Counted from the whole stretch's first letter, positions 1 through 13,711 are shown. The stretch is 63,663 nt of DNA, filler included, from Octopus bimaculoides (GCF_001194135.2; 6 parts of 4 records of this genome joined end to end with filler, not necessarily neighbours in it), one strand, 5' to 3'. Notes: generated by a model not told the origin, from the sequence alone. Translations and numbers: made by a program.

Positions 1-165
1 TATATATATATATATATATATGAGAGAAAGAAAGAGAGAGAGAGAGAGATACACGCGTGCGGATACACAAACATTTATGTGCGCACGTGTGTGTGGGTCT
101 GTATGTGTGTGCTTGTGTATGTGAGCGTGTGTGTGTGTACGTGCGTGCGTCTGTGTCTGTTTGTA

Positions 166-1380
166 TGACTTCACATATCAGCAAAGTCTCGGAACGTATG
201 CTGAGAAAGAAATTGATAAGATGGTCCATAGCAGGATATGTCACAAGCTGCAAGACCATCGTATTTTCTGGTAAAATGGGAGAGTAGCTGCATGATTTCC
301 TAACACAGAGAAGTCAAGCAGTTGCAGTCAATGCTGTCCTGTCTAAAGACACATAAATTCTGAGGGAACTGTCTCGTGGCCATTACTGTTTATATTAACT
401 AGACATTTCGATAGCCACTCAGACAGCTACAATCACCAGCTACGCCGCTGATAGTAAATTAGCACAGTCGATAATGAACCGTTATAGCACCACCAGATTA
501 GAGAAGACTGAGTAACACGACATGCAATTTCATGTGGGAAAATTTCAAGCAATGCGCTGTATGGTCACAGATGCACCACAACCTGCATTTACAGGACCCG
601 AAGGCACTGCAATCCCAGAAGCAGAGACAGTGAGTGACTTTGGTATCAGTATGTGTAATGAATCATCATTTCATATCTACATTACCAAGACTGATAAACA
701 ATTTAAAGAATTGGTAGGATGGATACTATAGTAGTTCAGGACAAAAGGCCGTGAATTCATGTTGATAATGAGGAAGACATTTCTTCTCAGCCGCATGGAT
801 TATCATTCTCAGAATTGGACACCACATAGTGCCAAACAAATAGTGGGGACTTGAAGTGATCCAACCTTACTACACTAAAAAAGATTGTAACAGTGTAGGT
901 CATGAATTACAAGGCGGGGCTGGGAAAAGTATTACTTTACTGCCAGGAGCTAAGACGCGAGAGATATCAAATAATTTACGTGTACAATTCTGGAAGTGTT
1001 CGTACTTAACTCTGGCATCGAATGTTATACAAATGCTAGATGCTGCTGTGTTGTAACAAAGCTATCATCCACCACATCTAAAATCAGGACAAGGTACTGC
1101 AATGGGGTAGGGTTCAAAATTACACACCTTTTCAATACACTGTCAAAAGAAAAATAGGAGAATCTTACACAATGTCTTCAAGCAGACACTGAACATTCTT
1201 CTGTCCACGATATCTGTCGAACAAACGTCCCTGCATGAAATACAGACAAAGGCAGCAGTGTGAAGTTCCATCATACTCCAAATGGGCCAACAACCTGAGG
1301 AAAAGCACATGCAGGAGTGGTGATATGAAATCTCACCACCCTGAAGAAATCAACCAAGCAGCAAAAACGTGAAATTACAA
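166..1380 (+). mobile_element. Degenerate CR1/L2-type LINE ORF2 (reverse transcriptase and C-terminal region), with stops and frameshifts
   Basis: Stitched frames give LTSHISKVSERMLRKKL, GEWLHDFLTQRSQAVAVN, SYAADSKL (YADD-equivalent at 441-452), DMQFHVGKFQ, VSDFGISMCNESSFHIYI and LSRMDYHSQNWTPH, in the order expected for CR1-like RT. Confidence 0.8.
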
Positions 1381-4300
1381 AATCATGATTATGCTCCAGC
1401 ATAATCACATTCATACGGCTGTGGATATTGCGTTTCACCCTTGAATGCATCCGTTAGGATACCTGCGTGACATGCTGCATGCCTTGTAATTTTAGAACTA
1501 GTGGCGTACGCTTTCCTTATCCATATTTTACGAGACTGATTTCTTCCAGAAAAAGAAAGAGGCAAACACAAGGAAAGAGAAAGATCGGCTGCAGTGGAGA
1601 GATGTGAAGCATAATTAATTGATCCAGAAAAAATGCACTCCGGTGTTATGTTTAATATCAGAGTGTAGAAAGCAGAAGGACCATCGCTCAAACGATTGAA
1701 AAATTAAGTAACAGCATCAGCTGATTTTTTTCATTTAGCTCTGTTAGCTCTTTCTGTATTAAATGACTGATATAATTAATTTTCAGTACATATATATTTA
1801 CGCCTACCTACTTTTTTATTTATATATAATACTTTCTTGCGTTGATCATTCGGCTGAGAAAGAAAATTGGCACCGAATGCAACTGGCGTTGAGATTTTTG
1901 GCAAAAGTGTACCGTAAATCTATACCATATTTGATGAACCACAAAGGATAATGCTGACAAAGTATTCAATTAATCAACGGGAAATCTTTATCTTAAATCT
2001 AAGCGAATAGATGGTCTAATAAAAGAAGGTTATACTACTTTAAGCTCTCAACACAAATAGCAGTGTAAGAAAGTTTAATGTGACAGAAAACTTATAAATA
2101 TTATGTGTCTTTTATTGTGGCACTTCACCAAAAATGTCTCACATGTACTGATATGTATTCTTCGTTTCATAGATTTAAGTTGATAGAGTTGTCATTCAAC
2201 AGTTTTATACATCTTCAGAGAGTGTCAACTTAATTTGGCAAGATATAAACCATTTTTCCTTTGCAGACTCCAATAGCGACATTAATAAGAATGTTTAACC
2301 ATAGCTTGTACTTATAAATTTTTCTGTAGGTGAAATTTTGAATGCCATTACTTTGAACATATAACCCGATTCTAAATCTTTGAAACTTAATTATCAACGT
2401 TAGTGTTTGCTATAATATTTGCTTTTTGATGGTATAATATATGTTTAACAATTCATTTTTGTATAACATGTCACTTCTATACATCTTTGCTGTCATAGAT
2501 TATTTTTAAAAGCTTTGTCAGAAGAAAGAGAAGTGCGTATGGCATTCAGAGCCTTGGTAACATGAGAAAAGTCATTGTCAGACCGAAAACTTAATCATAA
2601 TGTCTGCACTCGAGTGGGTTCCACTAAATATGCCCAAAGTTTAAAATACTTTATGAATACTCTGCGACTAGAATGATATAGTAAATAAAACGAAAATTAA
2701 TAGTTTTATCATTCGTTTAATTTACTTATAATTTACAATCCTTTACTGAAATACTTTTGTATATTTTAAGTCGCTCATCATTTCTCACAGCGGAGTTAAT
2801 AAATAACAGTGACAAACGAAATATACACCGCCGATAATTGTTGTTGACAAACAACGGTAGTAATTTTATTCAGTTGAACACACGTCATCGATTGGTTGAA
2901 ATTACCGAAATACGACAATTTTAACACGAAATAAGTTTGAAAATATTAACTTTTCTCAACAGCACTAAGAGTAAAAGATGTTTTATATGACACATTCTAC
3001 CAGTGTCCGAAGCTTCAAAGTATCTAGATACAAAAAATTAATTTCTCGATGTGCCGTTCAAAGGGTAAAGGTCCCTGATATCTATTGCATCCTATATTGA
3101 AAAATGCAAGTAGACCACTGATATTTTAAGGAAATTTTGGCCCCAAAGACTTACTGAATTATCGGTTTTCTCTTTCAGATGCCTTTATTTAGTACATTGA
3201 ATACTTTCATGCAACTTGTTAATTTTATCTCCCTCAATACAATCCTGCAAAACATTGTTAACATTTACTTCAAGTACATCAAGGTTAAAGAAAGTTTATG
3301 ACAGCCATTATTTAGGGATGGTAAGACAGTTTAATCACTAGTAATGAACCAAATGAAAGCTTTTATGTCGTGTTCTTTAATGTACATCTTTATAGACTTG
3401 CCATTATTTAATACGTCTATTATATATTTTATGCAATATGATCAATACCTCGATTTCATAAACGAATTTTTCCGTAGGCTTGATGTTAAATACCGAATGT
3501 ACAATATGTTGGTACATATGCTTTAAAATCCGAGTTCATATTTAGGTTTGCAGTTCTATTGTGAGCTGAGCAGTTGTCCTGCATAAGAATATTCAAATGT
3601 TCCATCAAACCTACACATACAGGATAAGCTCTGGAAAAATATTTCTATACCATTGTATAATAATCATGGTGATTACTCAGCCATTTTCATTTGCACGGTG
3701 TGTTATTGGAAAAATCTTAACACTTTTCAAAACCGTTGGCCTTCTACTTTCTCTTATCATGTACGGCTTACATATGTGTATGCCTGCTGCATTTGAACGT
3801 TCTAGAATTGCAACTGTATCTTTAGATCAATGGAAAACATATAATCATATTTTCGTTCTTTCTTGTTAATATTCTAAGTGTGCATTGCCAATGTAACAGA
3901 GTTTTCTCTGAATTATACACCTGCTCAAAACAGGTTTTTTTTTAAACATATTAGTTCAAAAACACATAATCTCCTTTGCTTCCGAACTGATTTTATCCGC
4001 ATACATTCTGGATGAAAATTGGTTAATTGTTTAATATATTTCGTTTAAACCGCTTCCTGCGTTTCATCTATATCATCGCTAATTAAAAAGTAATATCGCC
4101 TTTTTTAAAGTATCTTTGTCGCAATACATTCGACACATATTAAGCTATGCGTTAAAGACCTGCACAAGTTTTAGCTACTGTAACATAATTGTATGGCAAT
4201 ACACTATTGCATGAAAATTGATTGTATTAAATGCATTGCCTTGCTTATATTTCTTACAACTTTTACGGTTTCTTGTAAGAGATGAGAACACGAAACCGAT

Positions 4301-4455
4301 CTTCTCTTCAAATAAATTAATTTCCATTTTGGTGGTGCTTCGCATGTTGAATTGAAATGAGAGATACTTAAGAGTCTGCAGGTCTTCAGTAAAACTCCTT
4401 TACATGCGTACACACAAACATATACAATCACACTTATAAATACATATACACAGAC

Positions 4456-4674
4456 GGGGTGGAGGTGTTGAAAAGTTCCTGGCTTTGGGTAAAAGAAAAT
4501 AGAGGTGGTTGACTTAATTATGATTTTATTCAACATATTCTCCTTTCAGAGACACAGACTTACTGCAGCAGTCCTTCAGACTTTCTTAGCCTTGAAAATG
4601 TACTCGGAAGGCTGAGCCACCAACCAGGACTATCATGACACCCTTCAAGCCAAGAATTTTTCAGCACCCTTGGT

Positions 4675-4676
<2 letters not shown>
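4456..4676 (-). mobile_element. Non-autonomous mariner derivative (MITE)
   Basis: Imperfect TIRs GTGTTGAAAAGTTCCTGGCTTTG / CAAGCCAAGAATTTTTCAGCAC. The interior keeps the mariner C-terminus CSKSVSLKGEYVE* on the minus strand. Confidence 0.75.
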
Positions 4677-4729
<53 letters not shown>

Positions 4730-4967
4730 TACGCTATCAAGAATCGCATGAAGCCCATTGGGGTCATAGCTTGTAAAGGATTGTAATTTATTTCTATTTC
4801 ATTTATCTCTTTACCAAGTACTACATCTAAGACTAGAAGGCTTTCTGTTTTGAATAAAGGGCAAGAGTGAGTTGACAGCTCATGGCTAGGTATGGTCTTA
4901 AATATTGTGATATGTATTCCTTTTTCTCGGGGAGGAAAGAAGATATTAGGAGTAGTCAATTGGATAT

Positions 4968-5356
4968 AGAGCTGTTGTTGACACTCCGTCGCTTGCGACG
5001 TCGAGGGTTCCAGTTGATCCGATCAACGGAACTGCCTGCTCGTGAAATTAACGTGCGAGTGGCTGAGCACTCCACAGACACGTGTACCCTTAACGTAGCT
5101 CTCGGGGATATTCAGCGTGACACAGTGTGACAAGGCTGACCCTTGAATTACAGGCACAACAGAAACAGGAAGTAAGAGTGAGAGAAAGTTGTGGTGAAAG
5201 AGTACAGCAGGGTTCGCCACTATCCCCTGCTGGAACCTCGTGGAGCTTTAGGTGTTTTCGCTCAGTAAACACTCACAACGCCCGGTCTGGGAATCGAAAC
5301 CGCGATCCTATGACCGCGAGTGCGTTGCACTAACCACTGGGCCATTGCGCCTCCAC
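4968..5356 (-). mobile_element. tRNA-derived SINE, near full length
   Basis: Minus-strand head GTGGAGGCGCAATGGCCCAGTGGTTAG (A box) ... GGTTTCGATTCC (B box), followed by a non-tRNA body. No CCA end or complete cloverleaf. Confidence 0.75.
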
Positions 5357-6819
5357 GGATATAGAGTAACTGTCTATAAAAAGAGGCTGGGTAGGGGAAG
5401 ACTCTAAATCATGATTTTAATTGCCAGTTAAAGGGGTAAGACGCTAAGAAACCTAGAATGTTAATACAGAGGAAATTTCATCTTGGGGCACTACGAGTAA
5501 TTGTTTATAAAAAATATTATGTTGTATAAAAATAAAATTTAAGATTTTCAAAAATGTTATCATAACCAAAATAGGTAAAATATGTGTACATATATCAATT
5601 ATAAATATTAAAAAAGAAATATTACATAGAATCAGTTTAATATTCATTCATGTACTTCATTAATTACTTATTAGGTGGTTTATATTAAGTCTGCTCAGGG
5701 CATTTACTTATGGAAAGCTGGAAAGATAAACATGCTATCTATATATTAATTATAAGCCAAGAATCAGAACAAAATAAAGATGTGTACAGATGCACATATA
5801 TTTATATATCTGCACACATACATACATACATATACTTACACAAATATTTATACGTTTATATGGATATAGTATAACCATCTTGCATAGACTTAAGTAACTG
5901 AAAAGTATCGATTTACAATTTATAAAGGATAAGAAGTTAATAGGTTATTCGCATGTATGCATATATACGCATACACAAATATTTAAACATACAGGAGCTT
6001 CAGAAAATTCCTTCGACGCTAGGTTTTATTCCCACCAAAATTCTTTTTGATACCCCGAAAATAGGAAAGCAACGAGTCTTGCAAAATATGTCTATGATAC
6101 CCGTTCTTTCAATATCTTTTCGTATTAGAAAGCTGGTACACACTTTGCCTTCATATCTCACATTCGACATTGAAGAGCGCCTTAGATTCTTTGGCAAATT
6201 TAAATTTGTATTTTGCCGAGGTAAAATTTTTACTCGTTTAATTCTGATTTTCGAATTTAAATTTTAAATTTAAATTTATATATTTTTTTTATTTATATAT
6301 TTTATTACACTTAATTAAATTAATTCCTTGTACAATTTTCTTATTTTAATATTCAATACACCAGATAGTTTTCAATATATCTGCATGCATAAATACGTTG
6401 TGGTATATATATGTATCTTGATGTGAATATATATATGTAGATATATCTATCTACGTATATGTTTATTTGTATATCTGTATCCGTGTCTACACGTGTGTTA
6501 CTATTCTATATATGTATGTATTTCTGTAGATATGCATATCTGTTGTATCTGTGTGCGTTTATATGGGTGTGCGTATGTGTGCATTTGCAAGCTTACATTT
6601 GATAGATACTTTCTGGGAACGTCAACTTCCAAATCATTTCTCCCTATATATATTTTTTCTCATTCTCTTTCCATGTTTCGCTATCTCTTTCTTTTTTCTT
6701 TCTCCCACCTCTTCTTTTACTTCTGTTTCTTTCTCCGACAACTTGTTCTTTTCTTTTTCTTTTTCTAGCTTGCAACAACTAAGCAATATATTTAGAAATA
6801 CGCACGGAGTTGTGTGTGT

Positions 6820-6875
<56 letters not shown>

Positions 6876-6954
6876 TTATAATTTATATATGCAAATATAT
6901 ATATGCATATATATATATGTATGTATGTATGTGTATACATATGTATACATGGGT

Positions 6955-7440
6955 ACAGGACGTCACCAACGGTAAACATGAAATACAAAAACAAATGAGT
7001 TCAATACGCAAACAACGAGAGAAACAAATGGAAATTAGGACAAGTAACATAATGGATGACCCTTTATCAGTTCTCGGCTGTCTATCTACTCCTCATTTGG
7101 AGCATTCAACGACAATATGAGTCTTCGAAGACAGTTGCTCCCATAAATAGCAAAATTAAATTTGGAATTCATGGAGGGTCAAAGTTGGGAACAAAAACAG
7201 GACAATGAAGACATACAAGGAAACCGAATGGAAACAAACATGGAGGTTCGTTAGATCAGGACGAGAGAAAAATAGCAAACATTGTAGAAATATTTACTTT
7301 GACAAGAGAAAAGATAGAAAGGAGAGACAGTCCCGAAAGAAAAGGAAGATGATCACGTGCGGAAAAGGAAGTTGGACGATAATCACGTGAGCAACGAGAG
7401 AAAAATATACAGAAAGGGGGAGAGAGAGAGACAGATAGAA
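6955..7440. repeat. Probable decayed Penelope-like terminal region next to a (TA)n tract
   Basis: Context and composition resemble the other PLE-type termini here (15925, 48410, 61880). Only a broken hammerhead-like trace remains. Confidence 0.25.
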
Positions 7441-7498
7441 AATGCCCCTCTGAACGTATCCTATCTCTGTCTTCTATATTTTCTCTTGCGTATGTATG

Positions 7499-7535
<37 letters not shown>

Positions 7536-7635
7536 NNNNNNNNNNNNNNNNNNNNNNNNNNNNNNNNNNNNNNNNNNNNTTAATTAATTAANNNNNNNNN
7601 NNNNNNNNNNNNNNNNNNNNNNNNNNNNNNNNNNN
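7536..7635. other. Artificial scaffold linker
   Basis: 44 N + TTAATTAATTAA (stop codons in all six frames) + 44 N = exactly 100 bp. Confidence 0.95.
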
Positions 7636-7889
7636 GAAGAAGAAGAAGAAGAAGAAGAAGAAGAAACTAATATGTATGTTTATTTTTGGCATAATGATTT
7701 TCCAAAAATATTACAGAGTCCCAAAAGGAACCTCCCAAATAATTTACCACGTGTTTTAGTAAATATGTAAATAATAAATAAACTCCTATTTACTTTCAGG
7801 ATCCAAATTGCTGCGAGGGGAAGGATAAGGGTTTAGGTAAATGTTAGGGGGGGGGGGATTACCTTAATTATACAATTTTAGATCGTATA

Positions 7890-8387
7890 TGTAGCGGTAA
7901 TGCTCAGCAGTCAGATCACTACACCTGATGTCGTGATTCGCAAGAATATTACCCACGTGATCAACAAAATCTGATCAATCACAACTTCACGTGGAATAAG
8001 TTCCGGCGACGATCTCATCTTTTGGCACGCTTCTTTCTGAGAATAACCATTAGTATAAATTCGGCACACCTAGACTACTTGACAGAGAGCTTGAAGAGAG
8101 CATTGACAGAGTCCATAGGAGATGGCCAGCAGAGACAGCAGACAGCGGCTGACAACACAAAGACAATGAACAACCGGAGGGGAAAATTCACTAGAAGACA
8201 GTCGCACGGCAAGCAGCTATCTGATGCTACAACTACACCAAGAACAATAATATTCAAAACTCTCCTGATGTTTTGTCGCTCATAATAACGAGAGTATTTG
8301 CATTTTGTTTACGGGAAGAATAAACATTTTGTTTATCAAACATCTAAATAGATTTCCGTCCTTTTCTCCGTACAGAAATCTGTTACA
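7890..8387 (+). mobile_element. Solo-LTR-like element with TATA box and polyA signal
   Basis: Starts TGTAGCGG and ends CTGTTACA (imperfect terminal inverted repeat). GTATAAAT near 8053, AATAAA near 8319. The 5' 200 bp is homologous to 10420-10579 on the minus strand. No clear TSD. Confidence 0.45.
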
Positions 8388-8703
8388 TCCAAGTAATTGC
8401 CCATAACTAAGCCAGGCCCTTCTTTCAACTGTTTCTCTGCGTCTGGAGCCATCTTACATCACGCCTCAACTTTGCCAGTAAAAATAAATGGAAAAAATCC
8501 CTAGTCTAGGCTTTTATTTGCCCACTGGTGTTAATGAATGTTTCACATTAACCTAGTCCTCTCTTCCCTTTGCCTTCACCATCTCCATCATTATCATCCT
8601 CACCTCATCTCCTCTAGCCATGCAACAGCATCTAGTAATGCCTATTCATCTTTAGAACTCTACCCATACATATATATATTTGCTAAGCCTATATATTTGT
8701 GTG

Positions 8704-8766
<63 letters not shown>

Positions 8767-8943
8767 CGCGCGTGCGTGTATGTGTATTGTGTGCAGGGGT
8801 GGATTCATGAGTAACATTACCGGTGAGGGACCCAATTTGGTGAGAAATGAAAACTCACTAAAATCGAGATAAATAGTTAGCTATGTGCACTACAAAGAAA
8901 AAACAAACCTACCTGGATTCGCCACAGGTGAGAGAGAGAGAGG

Positions 8944-9000
<57 letters not shown>

Positions 9001-9594
9001 TGAGAAAGAGAGAGAATGAGGGGAGAGAAAGAGAGAGAAAGAGAAAGAGAGAAAGAGAAAGAGAGAGAGGAGAGAGGTTTGCGTATGAAAGAGATAGACG
9101 TTTGTTTGTGGTGTGTATATGTGAAAGATAAGAATTTTGTATGTAGCATGTAAGTGTCTAGTGTGCATGCGTAACAGAATATGTTTATGGATGAGAGAAG
9201 ATATGTATTGTGAGGGGCCTAGATGTTGGTGCATGGAGTGTATGTATAGGATAGTATATGTAAGTGTTTGAGACAGAAGTATAAACATTTTCTCTTTTAG
9301 GTCCCAATGTAAATGTATTATACAATTTTTTAATAAGAAAATCATAACCGTTTATAGTCTACTTTCTTATATTTCATATTCTGTGATTTGCTTTAGTCAT
9401 AAACATGAGAGGAGCTTCAGTGTAATAAATGATAAATAAACAGCGTTATAGAATGTAGGAGTGGTCAGTCTGATGATAGTTGAGTGTCTGCGAAAATACG
9501 ATCCTCGTGTCACACGAGAAGGGAATAAATGTTGTAAGTTTATCCAGTAAATAGCTTATAAGTGTGTATGCATATATTTAGAAGTATGTATATG

Positions 9595-9900
9595 GTGATT
9601 TCCACTTCTTTACAGAAGAGGACCATCTCTTCAATTCGTCATGAGATCTCATATGACTAACAAGTCTGGATCTGGACAAACAGATCCTAATACTGATGTT
9701 ACAAACATTTTTAGGCATAAAAGTGTCAGGCATTGAAGTCAAATCCTCATTAAAGTACCCGCACAAGGAATTACAAAGTTTACAAATGATACAAGAAGAG
9801 AGTTTAGTGGATGTGGAATCGAAATGGTCACTGATATGGACTTTAGTCTTGGTGCCAGTTAAGACCATGTTACTGAAGAAGTAGGAATAAATGTAACATA
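9595..9900 (-). mobile_element. Degenerate LINE ORF2 C-terminus (RTE-like) with a C2H2-like remnant
   Basis: Minus frame reads ...TKVHISDHFDSTS...NVCNISIRICLSRSRLVSHMRSH, resembling the CxxC...SHxRxH tail of some RTE ORF2 proteins. Confidence 0.45.
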
Positions 9901-10221
9901 CAGAAGTGGAGCATTTAAAAGTTTTGAGCCGTGTATTGCAGAGGCAAAGGTAAGCTTCTATCAAACAGAAATCGCAAGGTTTTTGAAAGGATGGGGAGAA
10001 TTTAGAAATGTAAGAACAAGAAGAAAGTAAGAGGAGAAGACAGTTTCGAAGGAAGGTTTACTGGAGTGGAAAGGCGGATGAGTGAAAGGTTTTTAGAAAA
10101 GTATTCCGTTTTCTGGGTGTGCGTTTCAGGTTTACAACTCGTCAGAGAATTCTGGAATGCGAAGGTTAAGATCTTAATTATATCATAAAATAAAAGTGAT
10201 CTATAAGCAGAATCGATAGTG

Positions 10222-10579
10222 TGTCGGATAAAATGCTTTGTGATAATTACTTCATGCGTCGCCCAATTCCTCCATGATAAGAAGCTGGTGCAACCGCTGC
10301 TGTTGGGACTCTAAGAGGCATTTGATCAACTCTCCTCTTGAGGGTTTCATACTGAACGATGCCACCTCTGTTGACCAACTTCTCCAGTGCCTGTCGATGC
10401 TCTATCTACTGTAACCCAAATCTCTCTGTCTAGTAGTCAACGCATGCCGAATTTATACTGGTTGATAGGCTCAAAAGGAAGCGCGCCAAAAGAAGAAATC
10501 GTCACTAGAGCCTTTTCGTTACGTGGGCAATATTCTAGCGAATCGCGATATCGGGCGATTGCTGAACATACCCACTACA
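10222..10579 (-). mobile_element. Second LTR-like promoter module, homologous to 7890-8090
   Basis: Begins TGTAGTGG on the minus strand. Shares ordered blocks with element A, including an identical 15-mer AGTATAAATTCGGCA (10445-10459 minus versus 8052-8066 plus). The 3' boundary is uncertain. Confidence 0.4.
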
Positions 10580-11278
10580 CTTTCTTTTACATTCTGAAGT
10601 AAAATCACGCGGAGGTCAATTATGCATTTCATCTTTGTGGCCTCAATAAAATAAAGTGTCTGTCAAGGACTAGAGATTATCTAAGCGACTTTACGCCTCT
10701 CTCCCTCTTCTCTCTCTCTCTCTCTTTCTCTCTTTCTTTCTCTCTCTCTCTCTCTCTCTCTCTCAACTCCAAGGGCTTGTGCCTAAGTAAGAACACGATT
10801 TTGGAATTGGTCAAGTGTTGAGTTGTTGAGTTTCACAAAAATCTTATAAGAACTATTTTTCAAATAGGTTGTCATAGTTATTACGAGTGGTCTTATTGGT
10901 GGGTCTTGAAGTATTATTGGCAATGGACGAGAGGGGTGTGAAAAACGGTCAGGAATGACTAACCAATGTTAACTAACCAAATGACGTTTTCTTTATAGTA
11001 ACTTTAAACGTGTAAGCATCTGTACTTTTTGGTATGTGTGTATATGTGCGTGCGTATGAGCGTGAATACATGTGTTAGTAGATGTAACAGAACGTTTTAG
11101 AATTTGAAAATGTATTTATTATTTATACGAAAAAACAGATATGATCCAGTGAATAATGTTTAAAGGGTTTATAAATATCACAAAAAAGTGAGCCTATAAT
11201 GAGAAATTACGTTTATATTGAAAAATAGGTATTGTGTAGTAGATACATGAAGCATATTATAGATATGGATTGGCGCAT

Positions 11279-12268
11279 TTAATTCCTTTGACTCCATATG
11301 GAGCATAGGACGCCAACAAAAGATTTCCATCTGTCTAGATCTTTGGCAATGGGTCGCAGTTGTGCCTTGGTGTAACAGCTAGCCTGTACTTCTGGTTCAG
11401 TGAACCTTCACCATGTTTTTGGTCTGCAACGTTTCTGTCTCCCTTGGAGTGCCCATCGGAGGGCTTGCTTTGTAATGTTGAAAACAAGCTTCCATAGGTT
11501 GCGTTCCAGCCAACTCCATTTTCTTCTCTAGATCTGGGTTTCGATAGGTTGCTGGTTCTTCTGTTTCCCCATAAGTCTTTGTTTGTGGGTCTGTCTTGCC
11601 ACCTCAACCAAAGGATGTTGCGGAAACATCTATGCACAACAATTTGGAACTTGTCAATGGAGGACTTTGTGACTCAATATGTTTTACATATGTACAGCAG
11701 AACCGTCTTCAGGTTCGTGTTAAAGTTTCTGAGTTTTGTATTTGTTGACAAGGTCTGTGATCTCCAGATAGGTATGAACATCCTGAAGACAGCTGCATCT
11801 CCCCACCTCGACTCTTGATTTTATGTCCTGATCTGTTCTGCTCTTCTTATTGGCTACTCTTCCTGGGTATGTGAAATGACTGATATCTTCAATTTCCTCT
11901 CCTCTGACCGAATCTTGTATCGTTGGCCGCATGCGCTCTCATGCTTTGCGTCTTCCCGATGTTGATCTTGAAGCTAGCTTTCATGACTGTTACGCACATT
12001 TCTGTGACCTTTTCCTCCATGTCAATGTGGCGTTGAGAGATCCAATCCTTGCAGTGTTTAGTTCTCTTCCTCCAAATTTCTTCACTGGTATTTTTTCCAT
12101 ATTGTTTTCATTTCCAACCATGTCTGCTCCACTGATGCATCTTCTTCCATAAGAATGCTGAGGGCTTGGAATCTGTTGGTGACATGAAATCTGGCTTTGG
12201 TTTAGTAGGGTAGTGTTGTACTTGTATCCTGATTTGGTAGTCGTTGTACTTTGACGTTGTAGTTCCAG
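11279..12268 (-). mobile_element. RTE-clade LINE, 3' portion, degenerate
   Basis: Fragments GEEIEDISHFTYPG...TDQDIKSR, HRCFRNILWLRWQDRPTNKDLW and LDRWKSFVGVLCSIWSQRN* match the RTE ORF2 thumb and C-terminal motifs. Confidence 0.85.
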
Positions 12269-12269
12269 C

Positions 12270-12326
<57 letters not shown>

Positions 12327-13256
12327 GTGGTTTGCACTTACGTTTTACGAAAGGCGCCAGCTGCTGGCAGTGCTGTGTCACTTACCCTGTCAAAAAATTG
12401 TCCGCTGCCTTTGCGTCTTCGAAGATGTGTGAAAAACAGGCACCAGGTACCGACAGGAAAAGCATCTGACTGTAAAGAATATCTCGATGATATATTCTCC
12501 TAAGCCATGCTAGCATAAAAACAAGCAGACGTAAAAAAGAACGAAGAAATTCTAAACATTGTGAAGTTTTTTGTTTTGTCTTTTGTTTTTTCTGCAGACA
12601 CTTGGTAACACCACGATGCCAAATTTTGTCCATTTTCAAGAGAAGTCGCCACTAGTTACTTTTGAAGTCTTCTTTGAATCGTCAGATGTCAGTTTAGGTG
12701 GAAAGACGCAATGCAGTGATAAATAAGAATTGAAATTAATGCATGCAATGTTTCACAGCTCTAGCGTCACTCCTTCATAGTCAAACTATAAACTTTTCAG
12801 CTCTCCCTCATACAACCATTTATTTAGGACGAGAAATTGCGACATGAAATTAAACAGAAGTGTCGGAAGAAACTGGCAGCTGTTGTTATTTAGCTCCAGA
12901 CCAACCGAAAATATCCCAGCTGTGACGATCCAGTATTTTTCCTATGTACAGGGAACTCAGAATAATATAAAATACAATGCGTGCTTTTTTAGGACGGTAG
13001 GGTAAGAATATCCCTATATCGGTAAAGTCTGTTTAACAAGGTTCATAAGTCTAACAATTTTCCAGGCTCTTAAACACATCTTTATGTAACATATATTTAC
13101 AATGTTTATGTCAAGATTAGCGTGCGACACATCAACAATCCCGAGATGATTTAGTTCCGTCTTCTTTCCGTTCATTCTTAATTGTCCTCCTTCAAATTTT
13201 GCTCCATTTTCATTTTTTCGGCTTGTCTGTTGCCTGTCTCGCTTTAAAACTTTCTC

Positions 13257-13289
<33 letters not shown>

Positions 13290-13334
13290 CTCTCTCCCTT
13301 TCACTCTCACTCACTCACACATTCAATACCCCGC

Positions 13335-13376
<42 letters not shown>

Positions 13377-13711
13377 GTCTGTCTATCTGTCTGTCTTCTG
13401 TCTGTCTGTCCGTCTGTCTCTACCTGCCTGTCTGTCTATCTATCTCCCCCCCCTCTCTCTCTATCTACCTACCTATCTATCTATCTCTCTATCTATCGAT
13501 CGATCGATCGATCTCAACTACCTTTATCATAATCCTATATTTCTATCTCAAACGTCTATCTACACAGTCACTACTTTCTCTCAACACATTCCTATAGAAT
13601 TACAAACAGAAAAGAATAAAAAACAAAAAAACATGAGTGACATTTGACGAAAAATGAATTTTAAACGAAAACAAACAAAGATATACTTTTAATGTTAAAA
13701 TATATGTACCA

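Noticed and set aside
1389-1691. 100-aa minus-strand ORF and several exon-like AG..GT segments in 1500-3330
   Set aside because: No recognisable homology and no consistent chain of compatible exons. The best-bounded segment (3179-3320) has stops in all frames.
2736-3069. Possible piggyBac-like MITE (right end AAAGGGTAAA)
   Set aside because: The left end and TTAA target are too degenerate to support the call.
5953-6267. Overlapping 104-aa (plus) and 65-aa (minus) ORFs
   Set aside because: No motif recognised and no splice or start context. Possibly a decayed repeat.
7090-7145. Hammerhead-like trace on minus (CGAAGA...CAAA)
   Set aside because: Both core segments deviate and stem II cannot be drawn convincingly.
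7800-7836. 37-nt exon-like segment reading DPNCCEGKDKGL with good splice signals
   Set aside because: It is isolated with no partner exons, and the GGGTTTAGG/GTTAGGG-rich context resembles repeat ends. It needs RNA evidence.
10249-10390. Minus-strand reading ALEKLVNRGG..MPLRVPTAAVAPASYHGGIGRRM ending at a GTAATT donor
   Set aside because: It lies inside the LTR-like module B, with an in-frame stop just upstream and no good acceptor.
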